NCBI GenBank assembly: GCA_043806595.1
Contig: JAZDGU010000004.1
Coordinates: 1-64,000 of the forward strand
DNA: 64,000 nt
From: Candidatus Micrarchaeota archaeon
GTDB lineage: Archaea; Micrarchaeota; Micrarchaeia; Norongarragalinales; SBBD01
Reading direction: 5' to 3'
Part shown: in pieces, positions 29,416 to 39,224 of the stretch
Numbering within the stretch: position 1 is the first letter of the stretch
Layout: each line of letters opens with the position of its first letter
Made by a program: the position numbers and the translations under genes
The notes under the pieces: generated by a model
The model's input: the letters and a program-made list of their open reading frames with translations, nothing else
Databases searched by the model: none
What the model was told of the DNA's origin: nothing

Positions 29416-29436
29416 TTCACATAAAAAATATGTGAA
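29416..29436. promoter_or_regulatory. Putative TA operator (inverted repeat)
   Basis: TTCACATA-AAAAA-TATGTGAA perfect 8-5-8 inverted repeat between a TTTATA box and the antitoxin ATG. Confidence 0.7.
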
Positions 29437-29441
29437 TTTAT

Positions 29442-29684
29442 ATGACTAACGTGACACTGTCCTTCCCGGATGCGTTCTGGAGGAGGATGAAGGCGTTCCC
29501 GGAAATCTGCTGGTCGAAGGCAGTGCGGAGCGTCATCGAAGGCAAGCTCGACGACTTCGAGGAGGCCGAGCGCCTCGTCGGAAAAAGCCGCTTTCGCGAG
29601 GAGGACGTCGCGCGCCTTTCAAAGAAGGTGGACGACGCCATGGCCAGGCATGCCGGGGCGCTGTTGAATGAAGCTCGTCGTTGA
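29442..29684 (+). CDS. Antitoxin (paralog of 9199-9423)
   Basis: MTNVTLSFP..MKAFPEICWSKAVR; overlaps the PIN gene. Confidence 0.8.
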   Translation: MTNVTLSFPDAFWRRMKAFPEICWSKAVRSVIEGKLDDFEEAERLVGKSRFREEDVARLSKKVDDAMARHAGALLNEARR

Positions 29685-30078
29685 CGCCAATATCCTCCTT
29701 TCCGCGCTGCTGCGCAAGGGATTGACCCAGCGGCTCTGGTTCCATCCGTCGTTGCGGCTCAGCGCCCCCGAGTTCCTTCTCGTCGAGGCGCGCGCGCATA
29801 TAGAGGAAATGAGGCAAAAATACGGCGGCACACAGGACGAGCTGATGCGTGTGTTCAGCCTGCTGGAGAAACAATTAACCCTGGTTCAGGATGAAAAGCT
29901 CCTGCCCTTCCTGCCCGCGGCTTCCACGCTCACCAAGGACAGGAAAGACTTGCTTTATCTGGCCTGCGCCCTTTATGAGGATGCGGCCTTGTGGACGCAC
30001 GACAAGGGCTTCAAATCCCAGCGGCGGATCAAAATATACTCCACGCTGGAACTCGGGGAAGAAATCGGTTCGCTTTAA
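29668..30078 (+). CDS. vapC: PIN-domain toxin (VapC-like)
   Basis: LVVDANILLSA, DRKDLLYLACAL and LWTHDK motifs. Confidence 0.88.
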   Translation: MKLVVDANILLSALLRKGLTQRLWFHPSLRLSAPEFLLVEARAHIEEMRQKYGGTQDELMRVFSLLEKQLTLVQDEKLLPFLPAASTLTKDRKDLLYLACALYEDAALWTHDKGFKSQRRIKIYSTLELGEEIGSL

Positions 30079-30167
30079 GGCCAGTGATACCGCTGCGCTT
30101 TTCAAAACCCCGGCGCAAGCCTTACCCGGCTCCGACACGAAATAACCGAACGCTAGCGCTAGCCGCA

Positions 30168-30195
30168 TAAAAGAAGAAAAGGGGGCCGGAGCCCT
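30168..30195 (-). terminator. Putative terminator
   Basis: Short GC hairpin followed by a TTTTCTTCTTTT tract on the minus strand, just after the stop at 30196. Confidence 0.45.
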
Positions 30196-30894
30196 TCACA
30201 GGTGGAACTTCTCGCGCGTGGCACGTATTGCGGCCTTGGCGTCGTCCTGGCCGCCGAAGCCGAACGCGATGCCTATGGCGAGCGCGATGCCGTAGACGAG
30301 GCCCTGCAGTATCGTGAGGAACGACGCGGTTATGATGGTCGTGTCGAAGCCCATCGTTGCGAGGCCGGTCACCACGCCGAGGAAGATCACGACGGCCTTC
30401 GTGAACTGCGAGAAGAACCTCGCAATCTTCGACTTGGGGCCGAGCGCCAGAATCTTCTCCTTCGCAATCTCGCCGACGACCGCGGATAGGATGACGATGA
30501 GTATCGCGCCGATGAACACGGGGGCGTAGCCGACGACCATCGTCAGGAAGTGCGACAGCGTCCCGAGGTAGAGCAGGGTCATCGCGGCCTGCAGGAAGAG
30601 CAGCAGGATGTAGTACTTGATGAGCTTGACGAGAACCGGTTGGAGCTTGATGCTGCCGAGGGCGTCGTCCACGCCGTATTTGGCGAGCATCTTCTCGAAC
30701 CGGATGAAATCGAGGAGCTTCTTGGCGATGTGCGAGATTATCGTCGCAAAGACCCAGCCCACGAAGAGTATGAGGAAAGCCCCGAGCAAACCGGGAACCA
30801 GCTGGATCACGTTGTCGAAGAGCGAGTTCGCGCTCTTGTCAATGGCCAGGCGGAACGCGTCGCCGGCGCTTGCAATAATGTCCTCCAAGTCCAT
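30196..30894 (-). CDS. MscS-associated TM-helix (CmpX-like) membrane protein
   Basis: PGLLGAFLILFVGW and PVFIGAILI repeats; C-terminal ALAIGIAFGFGGQD. Confidence 0.82.
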   Translation of the reverse strand: MDLEDIIASAGDAFRLAIDKSANSLFDNVIQLVPGLLGAFLILFVGWVFATIISHIAKKLLDFIRFEKMLAKYGVDDALGSIKLQPVLVKLIKYYILLLFLQAAMTLLYLGTLSHFLTMVVGYAPVFIGAILIVILSAVVGEIAKEKILALGPKSKIARFFSQFTKAVVIFLGVVTGLATMGFDTTIITASFLTILQGLVYGIALAIGIAFGFGGQDDAKAAIRATREKFHL

Positions 30895-30993
30895 ACACCC
30901 CCGTTTTACTGTTAAAAGAAAAAATGAAAAGCACTAACGGGTACTCGGCGGGTATATATAAGCCTTTTCCACACGGGAGAAGGCTCTGGCGGA

Positions 30994-31743
30994 TTAGGCG
31001 GTCTCGACGCGGGGCGCGAGGAAGTAGGTCAGCTGCGCCTCGCCGATCTTGTACGTCATCTTGACGGGGTTGGCGGCCTTGAACTCGAGCTGGAGCAGGT
31101 CGTGCTCCACTGCGGCCTTGCTCATCTTGTCCAGGTATTCCGCGGGGTACATCGCCTTCGCGGCAGCTGAGGCCTTGACCTCGACGTCCTTCGACTTCTC
31201 GTTCTCTATCCTCAGGTCGCCGGAGTCGCCGTGCGCCTCGACGACGAACGCGTGGTCGCCTGCCTCGAGCGTGAGGTGGGAGGAGACGAGCGAGGCGTCC
31301 TTGAGCATCTCCTTGAAAACGCCGGCCTTTATCCTCACCTGGGCGTCGAAGACTGTCTTGGGCTCGCGCGGGAGGCCGGCCTCGCGGAGGTCGAGGAGCG
31401 GCAGGCGGAAGGAGCGCTTGCTTTCCGCGGTGAACTCGAAGAGGACCTTGTTGCGCTCCTCGTCGTCGAGCTTGACGGAGAGCTTCTCGTTGGGCCTGCT
31501 GCGCGCCAGTATCTTGGAGAGGTCTACGAGGTTCAACGCGATGTTGCGCACGCCCTCGACCTCGAATCCGGAGAACGAGGGGCCCTTGGGCAGCTGGAAG
31601 TCGACCATGGATATCTGGGAGGGGTCGAGCGAGCGGAGGTGGATGCCGGTGCTGGAAATCTCGAAGCTGCCCTCGTCCACGAGGTTCGCTATCGCGTCCA
31701 CGCACTGCTTGAAGAATTTGGCATCCTTGAAGGTAATCTCCAT
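30994..31743 (-). CDS. pcn: Proliferating cell nuclear antigen (sliding clamp)
   Basis: DAIANLVDEG, LRSLDPSQISMV, LNLVDLSKIL and YFLAPR motifs. Confidence 0.96.
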   Translation of the reverse strand: MEITFKDAKFFKQCVDAIANLVDEGSFEISSTGIHLRSLDPSQISMVDFQLPKGPSFSGFEVEGVRNIALNLVDLSKILARSRPNEKLSVKLDDEERNKVLFEFTAESKRSFRLPLLDLREAGLPREPKTVFDAQVRIKAGVFKEMLKDASLVSSHLTLEAGDHAFVVEAHGDSGDLRIENEKSKDVEVKASAAAKAMYPAEYLDKMSKAAVEHDLLQLEFKAANPVKMTYKIGEAQLTYFLAPRVETA

Positions 31744-31853
31744 CAGAACCCCACCCTTGCAACTGCCCCCATTTTGGCCTTGCTTTTTTTGCCGACACTG
31801 AATACGGCAAAATCAGGTTATTAAAAGTTTGTTTGTGCCATTCCCCGGGGGCC

Positions 31854-33164
31854 TCAACCGGTTCGGAGGGGCCTTCCGGAGGCGCGGCGCGCGGTAATGC
31901 TCCCGCCGTCGAAGGCCTGTTCCCCGCGAAGGAACACGCGCGCGACCTTCCCCTTCACCCTCATGCGCTCGAATGCCGTCCATCGGCATTTCGTGAATAG
32001 CGAGTCGCCGCGCAGGGTCCACTCCTTCTTCAGGTCCACCAGCACCAAGTCGGCGTCAAGGCCTTCCGCGATCCGCCCCTTGTGCCTGATTCCGTAGATT
32101 TCGGCGGGGCGCGAGGAATAGAGGCGCACGACGTCGGGGAGGGACAATCTCCGGTCGTTGACCGCGGTAAGCAGCAGGGGCAAGGCGGTCTCGAGGCCGG
32201 GCATGCCCGCGGGCGCCTCGGAATAGCGCTTCAGTTTCTCGTCGGCGGTGTGGGGCGCGTGGTCGGTGGCGACGATGTCGACGGTTCCATTGCGCAGCGC
32301 ACCCCAGAGGGCGGCGACGTGCGTTTTGCCGCGCAGCGGGGGATTCACCTTGGCGAAGTTGCCCAGCCGCGCCGCATCCGCGCCGGAGAGGAAAAGGTGG
32401 TGGGGGGTGGCCTCGCAGGTGACCCGGACGCCTTCATTTCTTGCCTCCGCAATCAAATTGAGCTCTTCCTCTGTCGAGACGTGGCAGACGTGCAGCCTCG
32501 CCTTGGTGCGCTCGGCGACGTCGATTGCAGCCGAGACCGCCAGCTGCGCGCACAGTTCGTCCCTGATTTTCGAGTGGTTGGCCGCGGTCTTCTCGAACTT
32601 GTCCGAGAAGTATTTCAGGCAATCTCCGCTCTCGGCGTGCACCGCGATGGGCTTGCGGAAGGCGTGGAAGTGGTCGTACAGCGAGGCGAACGCCCCGGCA
32701 TCGAGTCCGCCGGTGCTCGGGCCCATGTACACCTTGAGGCCGGCAACGGAGGAATCCGAGGCGGAGCGCGCGGCCTCGCCCGCGTTGGAAGGCGTGGCGC
32801 CGAAGAAGAAGGCGTAGTCGCAGAAGGATTTCGCGGCCGCCACTTTCTTCTTGGCCTCGAGCGCGGCATGGCTCGTGGTCGGGAGCGGGGAGTTCGGCAT
32901 CTCCATGACGGAGGTGACGCCGCCGGCGAGGGCCGCCGAAGAGCCGGAGAACCAGTCCTCCTTGTAGGAGTCCTTGAAGTCGCGGAAGTGCACGTGCGCG
33001 TCGACCATGCCGGGCAGCACGTATAAGCCGGCGGCGTTGACGACCGTCTCGCCCGAATGGCATGGCAGGGACTTGCCGATTTTCGTTATTTTGCCGCCGG
33101 AGACGGATATGTCTGCGGGCACTGCCCTGCCTTCGATTACTGCCTTTCCCCCGCGGATTATCAT
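31854..33164 (-). CDS. pyrC: Dihydroorotase
   Basis: PGMVDAHVHFR, EMPN, VHAE, HVCHVST, EATPHHL, NPPLR and TDHAPH motifs; clustered with pyrD/pyrK. Confidence 0.92.
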   Translation of the reverse strand: MIIRGGKAVIEGRAVPADISVSGGKITKIGKSLPCHSGETVVNAAGLYVLPGMVDAHVHFRDFKDSYKEDWFSGSSAALAGGVTSVMEMPNSPLPTTSHAALEAKKKVAAAKSFCDYAFFFGATPSNAGEAARSASDSSVAGLKVYMGPSTGGLDAGAFASLYDHFHAFRKPIAVHAESGDCLKYFSDKFEKTAANHSKIRDELCAQLAVSAAIDVAERTKARLHVCHVSTEEELNLIAEARNEGVRVTCEATPHHLFLSGADAARLGNFAKVNPPLRGKTHVAALWGALRNGTVDIVATDHAPHTADEKLKRYSEAPAGMPGLETALPLLLTAVNDRRLSLPDVVRLYSSRPAEIYGIRHKGRIAEGLDADLVLVDLKKEWTLRGDSLFTKCRWTAFERMRVKGKVARVFLRGEQAFDGGSITARRASGRPLRTG

Positions 33165-33203
33165 GGCGACCGCAATAGGAAACCGGAGGCGGTATTTAAC
33201 GGT

Positions 33204-34040
33204 TTAGGCCTTTGAGTATGATTGCCTTTTGCCGCCCCAGTCGAGGTAGGACTTGCCGAAGTCGGGGTTCTTCGCGAGGTCCCCGCCGCCAAAGACAGTG
33301 CCCTGCGCGCACACGAGCCTGTCGCCGCACGCGCATTCCCCGCAGACGCCGAAGCCGCACTTCATCATCCTCTCGACGCTCACCCAGACGGGCACGCGGC
33401 GGCGGGCGCAGACGCGCACGAGCTCCACCTCCATCATCTCGGGGCCGCAGCCGTACACCGCGGAGAACCGTTCCTTGGAGAGAATCGAGTCGGCGTCCTG
33501 CGTGCAGTAGCCCTTCGAGCCCCTGCTGCCGTCGTCCGTGCACACCGACATCCTGCAGCCGAGCCTCTTGAAATCTTCCTCCAGCACCACGTCCTCGGCC
33601 TTGCGCGCCCCCGCGACTACTGTCACGCCGATTTTCCTCTTGCGCGCCTCGACCGCAAGAAAGTACAGCGGCATGAGGCCGTAGCCGCCGCCGACGAGAA
33701 GGATGTTCCTGCCTTGCAGCTTGAAGGAGTTCCCGTAGGGCCCGCGGATTCCGACCTTGTCGCCGGGCTTGAGCTCGAGCGCCTTGGAGGAGAACTCGCC
33801 GACCTTCGCGACGGAGAGCGAGAGCGGGTCCGGCCCGTGGATGGAGATCGGGCGCTCGTTGACGCCCGGCAGCCACATCATCACGAACTGTCCGGGCCTC
33901 GAGGGCAGCGGGCGGTCGAAGGAGATGGTGCTGATGCGGTAGTTCTCCTTCTTCACTCTTACGACGGTGAAAGCCTCGGGCATGTCGTACTTTGAACCGA
34001 GCGCCGCGGAACCCGGCGCGGGATGCCGGATGCTATCCAT
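33204..34040 (-). CDS. pyrK: Dihydroorotate dehydrogenase electron-transfer subunit
   Basis: PGQFVM, RGPYGNSF, GGGYG, CGPE and ERMMKCGFGVCGEC (2Fe-2S) motifs; start could be 33983. Confidence 0.93.
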   Translation of the reverse strand: MDSIRHPAPGSAALGSKYDMPEAFTVVRVKKENYRISTISFDRPLPSRPGQFVMMWLPGVNERPISIHGPDPLSLSVAKVGEFSSKALELKPGDKVGIRGPYGNSFKLQGRNILLVGGGYGLMPLYFLAVEARKRKIGVTVVAGARKAEDVVLEEDFKRLGCRMSVCTDDGSRGSKGYCTQDADSILSKERFSAVYGCGPEMMEVELVRVCARRRVPVWVSVERMMKCGFGVCGECACGDRLVCAQGTVFGGGDLAKNPDFGKSYLDWGGKRQSYSKA

Positions 34041-34962
34041 GCGCGGCACCCACCAATTGCTTGACCGAGGAATAGCCGTTCGCCTTCATCCACTGCCCCA
34101 TTTCCGTGCAGACCTGCGAAAATACGTCGAAGCCGCGCCAGTAGACCGCGCTGCCGATGCCTACCGCAGAGGCGCCGGCCATGAGCATCTCGACGGCATC
34201 CGAGCCGGTGGCGACGCCGCCGGTGCCAATAATAGGGATTTTTACGGAGGCGTAGACGTCGTAGACGCACTTGAGCGCGATGGGCTTGAGCGCCGGGCCG
34301 GAGACGCCGCCGGACTTGTTCGCGAGCACCGGCCGACGGAGCTCGGCGTTGATTGCCATGCCCTTCGCGGTGTTGATGGCGGTGATGCCGTCGGCGCCGG
34401 CGGATTCAACTGCCTTGGCCATGACGGAGATGTCCGCGCAGTTGGGCGACAGCTTTGCAAATACGGGAATCTTGGTCGCGGACTTTACCGCGGAGACCAC
34501 TGCAGAGGCCGACTCCGGGTTGCTGGAGAAGTCGCCGTAGGAGGAGAAGTCCTTTTCAGTCGAAAGGTGCGGGCAGGAGAGGTCGAGCTCGAGGAAATCG
34601 GGCTTTGCACGCGAAATTTTCTCCGCGACCTCGGCGAACTTGCGCGGCGAGGACTCGAAGACGCTGGCGATGACCGCGGCCTTGGTCTTCTTCTTCAGCA
34701 GGGCGACGGTCTTCGCCTCCTCCTCGACGCCCGGATTTGCCAGGCCTACGGCGTTGAGCATGTAGTGCGGCGTGCTCACGACCGTCGGGTTCGGAAAGCC
34801 CTCGCGGCCCCGCAGGTTGCAGGACTTGGTGGTGAGCGCGCCTGCGCCGCACCTGGCGGCGAAGGACATGACGTCCGCCGAGGTCCCCAGGATTCCGCTG
34901 GCGAGCACGGTCGGGTTGGAAAGGCGCTTCCCGCAGAGGTTGGTTTCGAGAGAGGTATTCAT
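34033..34962 (-). CDS. pyrD: Dihydroorotate dehydrogenase family 1B catalytic subunit
   Basis: LASG, TKS, NAVGLANPG, SCPH, KLSPN, INT, GGVSGPALKP and IGTGG motifs. Confidence 0.95.
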   Translation of the reverse strand: MNTSLETNLCGKRLSNPTVLASGILGTSADVMSFAARCGAGALTTKSCNLRGREGFPNPTVVSTPHYMLNAVGLANPGVEEEAKTVALLKKKTKAAVIASVFESSPRKFAEVAEKISRAKPDFLELDLSCPHLSTEKDFSSYGDFSSNPESASAVVSAVKSATKIPVFAKLSPNCADISVMAKAVESAGADGITAINTAKGMAINAELRRPVLANKSGGVSGPALKPIALKCVYDVYASVKIPIIGTGGVATGSDAVEMLMAGASAVGIGSAVYWRGFDVFSQVCTEMGQWMKANGYSSVKQLVGAAHG

Positions 34963-34968
34963 GTGGGG

Positions 34969-35148
34969 TCACGACTCGAGGAAGAGCCACGCGGCGAGGG
35001 AGACGGCAAAGCACGCGCCGGAAATCCACAAGAGCGGGCTTACGGCTCCGCGCTTGCGGTGCCGCGCCAGTCTCGCGAAATAGATGAACGCGCCCGCGGA
35101 GACTAGCACCACGCCCAGCAAGGCGATTTTCCGGGTATCGAGCGGCAT
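34969..35148 (-). CDS. Small two-TM membrane protein (59 aa)
   Basis: Manual translation MPLDTRKIALLGVVLVSAGAFIYFARLARHRKRGAVSPLLWISGACFAVSLAAWLFLES; ends 6 nt before pyrD. Confidence 0.6.
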   Translation of the reverse strand: MPLDTRKIALLGVVLVSAGAFIYFARLARHRKRGAVSPLLWISGACFAVSLAAWLFLES

Positions 35149-35217
35149 TGGTCTGTTCTCCTAACGGAATATTTCGGGAAACCCGAATAAAAAGGGGCGC
35201 GATGGCAGGCGGGGGCA

Positions 35218-35913
35218 TCAGGCAAGGAAGTACAGCAGCGCCCACGTGAGCGCCAGCCCTGCGAAGAAATACAGCGGACGGCCCTTGCGCTTCTGCGGCA
35301 GGATGCCGCGGAGCACGGAATACAATATGACGCCGAGCATGAAGCTGAAGATGATGAAGAAGTAATGAGGGTTCAGCTGGAGGTAGCCTGCGGCAAGCGC
35401 GCCCGCTATCGGGGCGGAGGCGAGCACGGCATTCCCGAACACGCCGGCGCTGAAATGCTCGAGGATGTGCGCCGTGGAGAGGCTGGAGGCGAGCATGTGC
35501 ACCACGAACGGAATCAGCGCGAAGTAGGCCTTGGCAGGATCGACGGCCTGCATGACGAACACGAGCGCGAAGCCCACGATGAAGCTGTCGGCGAACGAAC
35601 CGAGGGCGTGCAGTTCGCCGAGTTCGCTTATCAGCTGCCTCCTGTTGGAAACGTGCTGGTAGACGTACTTCTCGACGAGGTGGAATGCTGCCAGCCCGAG
35701 CAGCATCGCCGCGAACAGTTCCTTCTCCGCGGAAGGCGGGGCGCGCAACAGAACCGGGAACAGCGCGAGGAAGAAATAGGAGAGGAACACGCCCGCGGAG
35801 AAGCTGACGACCTCGGAATGGTGGCGTTCGAGCCTGCGGGCTATGGGGACGCTGAAGAAGCGGAGCACTGCGAGAACCGTCACGAAAGCCAGCGCGAAGT
35901 CGGAGGCAAGCAT
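35218..35913 (-). CDS. Multi-pass membrane protein, ZIP transporter-like
   Basis: SFSAGVFLSY...FHLVEKY, ELHALG..DSFIVG and GVILY..LP pattern. Confidence 0.7.
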   Translation of the reverse strand: MLASDFALAFVTVLAVLRFFSVPIARRLERHHSEVVSFSAGVFLSYFFLALFPVLLRAPPSAEKELFAAMLLGLAAFHLVEKYVYQHVSNRRQLISELGELHALGSFADSFIVGFALVFVMQAVDPAKAYFALIPFVVHMLASSLSTAHILEHFSAGVFGNAVLASAPIAGALAAGYLQLNPHYFFIIFSFMLGVILYSVLRGILPQKRKGRPLYFFAGLALTWALLYFLA

Positions 35914-35999
35914 GCAAGCGTAATGCCTGACGAATAGAAAAAGGTTGCTGCGGCGAGCAAAGCGAAAGCGTTTTTATTGGCACGCGATAAAGGGGGGTC

Positions 36000-38219
36000 A
36001 TGGTCGCCGTGGAGCAGCTGCCCATAATCGAGATAGGGGTCGTCATACTCACGGCGCTGCTATCCGGCATACTCTTCTCCAGGCTCGGCCAGAGCTCGGC
36101 GATCGGCTACATCGCCGCGGGCTTGGTGCTCGGCCCGCTCGGGTTCAACATGCTCGCCGGCGAAGGCGTCGGCGTCGCCTCCCTGCTCGGCGAGATCGGC
36201 GTCACCATGCTGCTGTTCTACCTCGGGCTGGAGCTCAGCATGAGGAAATTCCAGGAGACCGGCGCGGTGGCGACGGTGCTCGCGTTCGTCGAGATGCTCT
36301 TCGCGTTCGTCGCCGGCTTCCTCATCGCGCGCTTCTTCGGGTTCTCGCAGATAGAGGCGATGGTAATCGGCGCGATGCTGACTGCGACGAGCACCGTGAT
36401 CACGGGCAAGTTCCTCATCGAGCGCGGCCTCATCAACACGCCGGAGGCGCGCGTCACCATCTCAGTGCTCATCCTCGAGGACTTCTTCGCGATACTCGTG
36501 CTCGTGTTCATCGCCATGCTGTCCCAGCAGCAGACCGTGAACCTGCCGGTGCTCAACGCGCTGTTCTTCGTCATCGCGATGTTCTTCGTCGTGAGCAAGG
36601 TCAGCAAGCACGTGCTCAACATCCTCAACAGCATCGGCAGGGAGGACCAGATGTGGCTATACAGCATGGGCATCTTCCTCGTCGTCTCATACTTCGGGAG
36701 CGAGTACCTCGGCCTGAGTCCGGCAATCGGCGCGTATTTCGCGGGCTTCGCCCTCGCCGAAAGCGCCTACGGGGAGAAGATAAAGCGCGAGCTGGGGCTG
36801 TTCCGCGAGTTCTTCGTGCTGTTCTTCTTCGTGAGCTTCGGCGCAACGACGACGTTCCCGTCGGACCCGATGCTCTATTGGCTCGTTGCCGCGCTTGCCG
36901 CGGGCTACGTGCTGGCCAAGCTCGTCGCGCACGGCATCACCGGCACCGCGATAGGCATGGAGCTCAAGTCCGCGGTCACGGGCGGCATACTCATGAGCCC
37001 GCTCGGCGAGTTCGCAATAATCATCGCCATCGCCGCGAAGGGCATACTGCCGCATGCTTCCGACGTGCTCTCGGTCGCATTCCTGCTCACGATCTCGACG
37101 ACGATAGCCTTGCCGATACTGTATGGCGGCAGGGAAAGGATCGCAGCAGTGTTCGAGAGGTTCTTCCCGATAAGGCTGCAGGAGCAGAGCCGCATCCTCC
37201 AGAGGGAGATGAACGCCGTGGACCGCATGGCGCGCGACGTCGCCGCGCAGAACGAGTTCGTGCGCTCCCTCGGGAGGCTGTTCACGCAGCTGGTCATCGC
37301 GGTCTCCATCGTCTACCTCAGCTACCTCACGCAGGCCGAATTCTCGATCCCGTTCCTCGAGTTCCTGCCCGCGGGGCTTTCCCCGGGTCTGGTCATCCTG
37401 CCGCTCGTGGTGTGGCCCCTGTACAAGTTCATTGCCGAGCTCAAGCACCTGACGCGGCAGGCCGCGCGCGGGCTCGTGTTCAACAGCTTTCGGCCGTCGA
37501 ACGAGGTCGTCGAGGGCATCGAGCTCGACGCAGCCGACGTCTTCACGGGCATAGTCCTCACGCTCTTCGGCGTGGGCTCGACGGCGTTCGTGTTCTACGC
37601 GTTCCCGGGCGAGTACATGTTCGTGCTCATCCCCGCTACCTACACGCTGCTCTCGCTCATGTACCTCAGCAAGTCGTTCTACGGGCTCATCGAGCAGTAC
37701 GAGGCTATGGAGACGCAGATGGGCATAGAAGGAGAGAAGATACCGGACAAGAGGGTGGTCGAGCTGGCGAAGGAGTTCAACGAGCACGCCAAATACTTCC
37801 GGCAGCTCAACCTCGAGAGGCTGAAGGCGCACGAGGACGTCTCGGACGCGCTCAGGAGCGAGGACCTGCAGTCCGCAAAGCATTCGCTCATCAGCTTCAA
37901 GAAGAGGGAGACCAAGGCGCTCGTCAACCTCTTCGACTTCAAGGGGCTCGCGGGGTTCCCGCGGCTCAAGAAGCTCGTCGGCGAGGGGCTGGAGCGCAAC
38001 AAGGAGTTCCACGGCGGCGTGCACGAGGCCAAGACGCGCGCGGCGTTCCAGAAATACCTCTCGCAGCACCTCAAGCCGCACCTCTTCGAGGCCCGGCCCT
38101 CCTCGCCGGAAGCCGGCTCGAGCCTGGATGCCGCGGCGCAGACGCTGATAGAGCGCGAGCTCGCCAAGAGCAGGCAGAAGCCCGGGAAGGCCGCCGGAAA
38201 GCTGAGGAAGCGCAACTGA
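36000..38219 (+). CDS. Cation:proton antiporter (CPA2/KefB-like) with a long C-terminal extension
   Basis: GYIAAGLVLGP, LLFYLGLE, TST, LILED, GAYFAG, FFVSFG and PLGEFA motifs. Confidence 0.9.
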   Translation: MVAVEQLPIIEIGVVILTALLSGILFSRLGQSSAIGYIAAGLVLGPLGFNMLAGEGVGVASLLGEIGVTMLLFYLGLELSMRKFQETGAVATVLAFVEMLFAFVAGFLIARFFGFSQIEAMVIGAMLTATSTVITGKFLIERGLINTPEARVTISVLILEDFFAILVLVFIAMLSQQQTVNLPVLNALFFVIAMFFVVSKVSKHVLNILNSIGREDQMWLYSMGIFLVVSYFGSEYLGLSPAIGAYFAGFALAESAYGEKIKRELGLFREFFVLFFFVSFGATTTFPSDPMLYWLVAALAAGYVLAKLVAHGITGTAIGMELKSAVTGGILMSPLGEFAIIIAIAAKGILPHASDVLSVAFLLTISTTIALPILYGGRERIAAVFERFFPIRLQEQSRILQREMNAVDRMARDVAAQNEFVRSLGRLFTQLVIAVSIVYLSYLTQAEFSIPFLEFLPAGLSPGLVILPLVVWPLYKFIAELKHLTRQAARGLVFNSFRPSNEVVEGIELDAADVFTGIVLTLFGVGSTAFVFYAFPGEYMFVLIPATYTLLSLMYLSKSFYGLIEQYEAMETQMGIEGEKIPDKRVVELAKEFNEHAKYFRQLNLERLKAHEDVSDALRSEDLQSAKHSLISFKKRETKALVNLFDFKGLAGFPRLKKLVGEGLERNKEFHGGVHEAKTRAAFQKYLSQHLKPHLFEARPSSPEAGSSLDAAAQTLIERELAKSRQKPGKAAGKLRKRN

Positions 38220-38492
38220 ACGTTGCCCGCGGCAGCTGCGGGAACAACATGAAGCCCCCGCAGCCTTCATCGCCCGGCAAACAAATCCCTCAAGACCGGC
38301 GACGCAGCTGCGACGCCGTCGAAATAGGCATAAAAACTCGCGCGGCATCTCAATTGGCATGGAACCGGAGAACCGGAAGCGCCGAGGTGGCGCGATAGTT
38401 GGAATCGTCCACGACCCGCCCTGGGCCGGGCTAATGTTCAGAAGGAAGACCATGCAGTCGCTTAGGCGAACTATATCCGAATACCCCCCCCC

Positions 38493-39182
38493 ATGGAGCA
38501 GGGTTTCAACGCCGCAGTGAAAGCCATGCGCAAGCTGCGCCCGGGGCAGACGGTGATGATAGAGGGAACGCACACCCCTGGCGCGCACATCTTCCGCCTG
38601 CTTGCCGACACCGCGCGGGCAAGGGGGCTCAAGGTGAAGGGCTTCCATCCGGAACGCGCGCTTGACGCCCGAGCGAGAGCGCTCGCGAAAGTGATTGACG
38701 CGGAAAAATCCCGGCAAAGCATGCCAGAAATTTTCCAGTTGGCCAATCGCGACATAACCGACGCGGCGCTGGAGTCGATAGACGCGGCCACGCGCGCCAA
38801 GAAGCGCAGTGCGGCGCGAGAACACGGAAGGCCCAGCCTAGCGTGGATGAGCGAAAACGAAGCCGAAAAGCTCATACTCCTCGATTACGAGGTTATGACT
38901 GACTTCCTGGTGATGAGGGCCATGCGCTTCCGGCCGGCTCTGATCATCGTGGGGGGGCAGCATGCCATGGACGCCCATCCTTATCTAATGAAAGCGGGCT
39001 ATTCAAACCTGACACCGCGCGGAATCCGCCGCATATACGCCGAAGTCCTACGCGTCAGGCGCGAAACCCATCCGGCGTATGAAAAAATGCGGGAGAAATT
39101 CGTCACCCACCGGAGGAAACTGCTGCAGCGCGCCTTACCGCAGCCGGAGACTGCGGGAAAAAAGGCCGGCAAGCGCAAATAA
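38493..39182 (+). CDS. Hypothetical protein with TraB/ChaN/EreA-like motif pattern; N-terminus may lie in another frame (from 38359)
   Basis: VMIEG and IIVGGQHA motifs; the upstream out-of-frame ORF carries IVGIVH; a C9 tract lies at the junction. Confidence 0.55.
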   Translation: MEQGFNAAVKAMRKLRPGQTVMIEGTHTPGAHIFRLLADTARARGLKVKGFHPERALDARARALAKVIDAEKSRQSMPEIFQLANRDITDAALESIDAATRAKKRSAAREHGRPSLAWMSENEAEKLILLDYEVMTDFLVMRAMRFRPALIIVGGQHAMDAHPYLMKAGYSNLTPRGIRRIYAEVLRVRRETHPAYEKMREKFVTHRRKLLQRALPQPETAGKKAGKRK

Positions 39183-39224
39183 ATAGCTTGCCGGCGAGAA
39201 TAATCCAGGAGGCTAGTGGTGCCA

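Noticed and set aside
35945..38825. 817-aa alternative-frame and 712-aa antisense ORFs over the antiporter
   Set aside because: Arg/Ala-rich shadow frames of a clear CPA2 gene.
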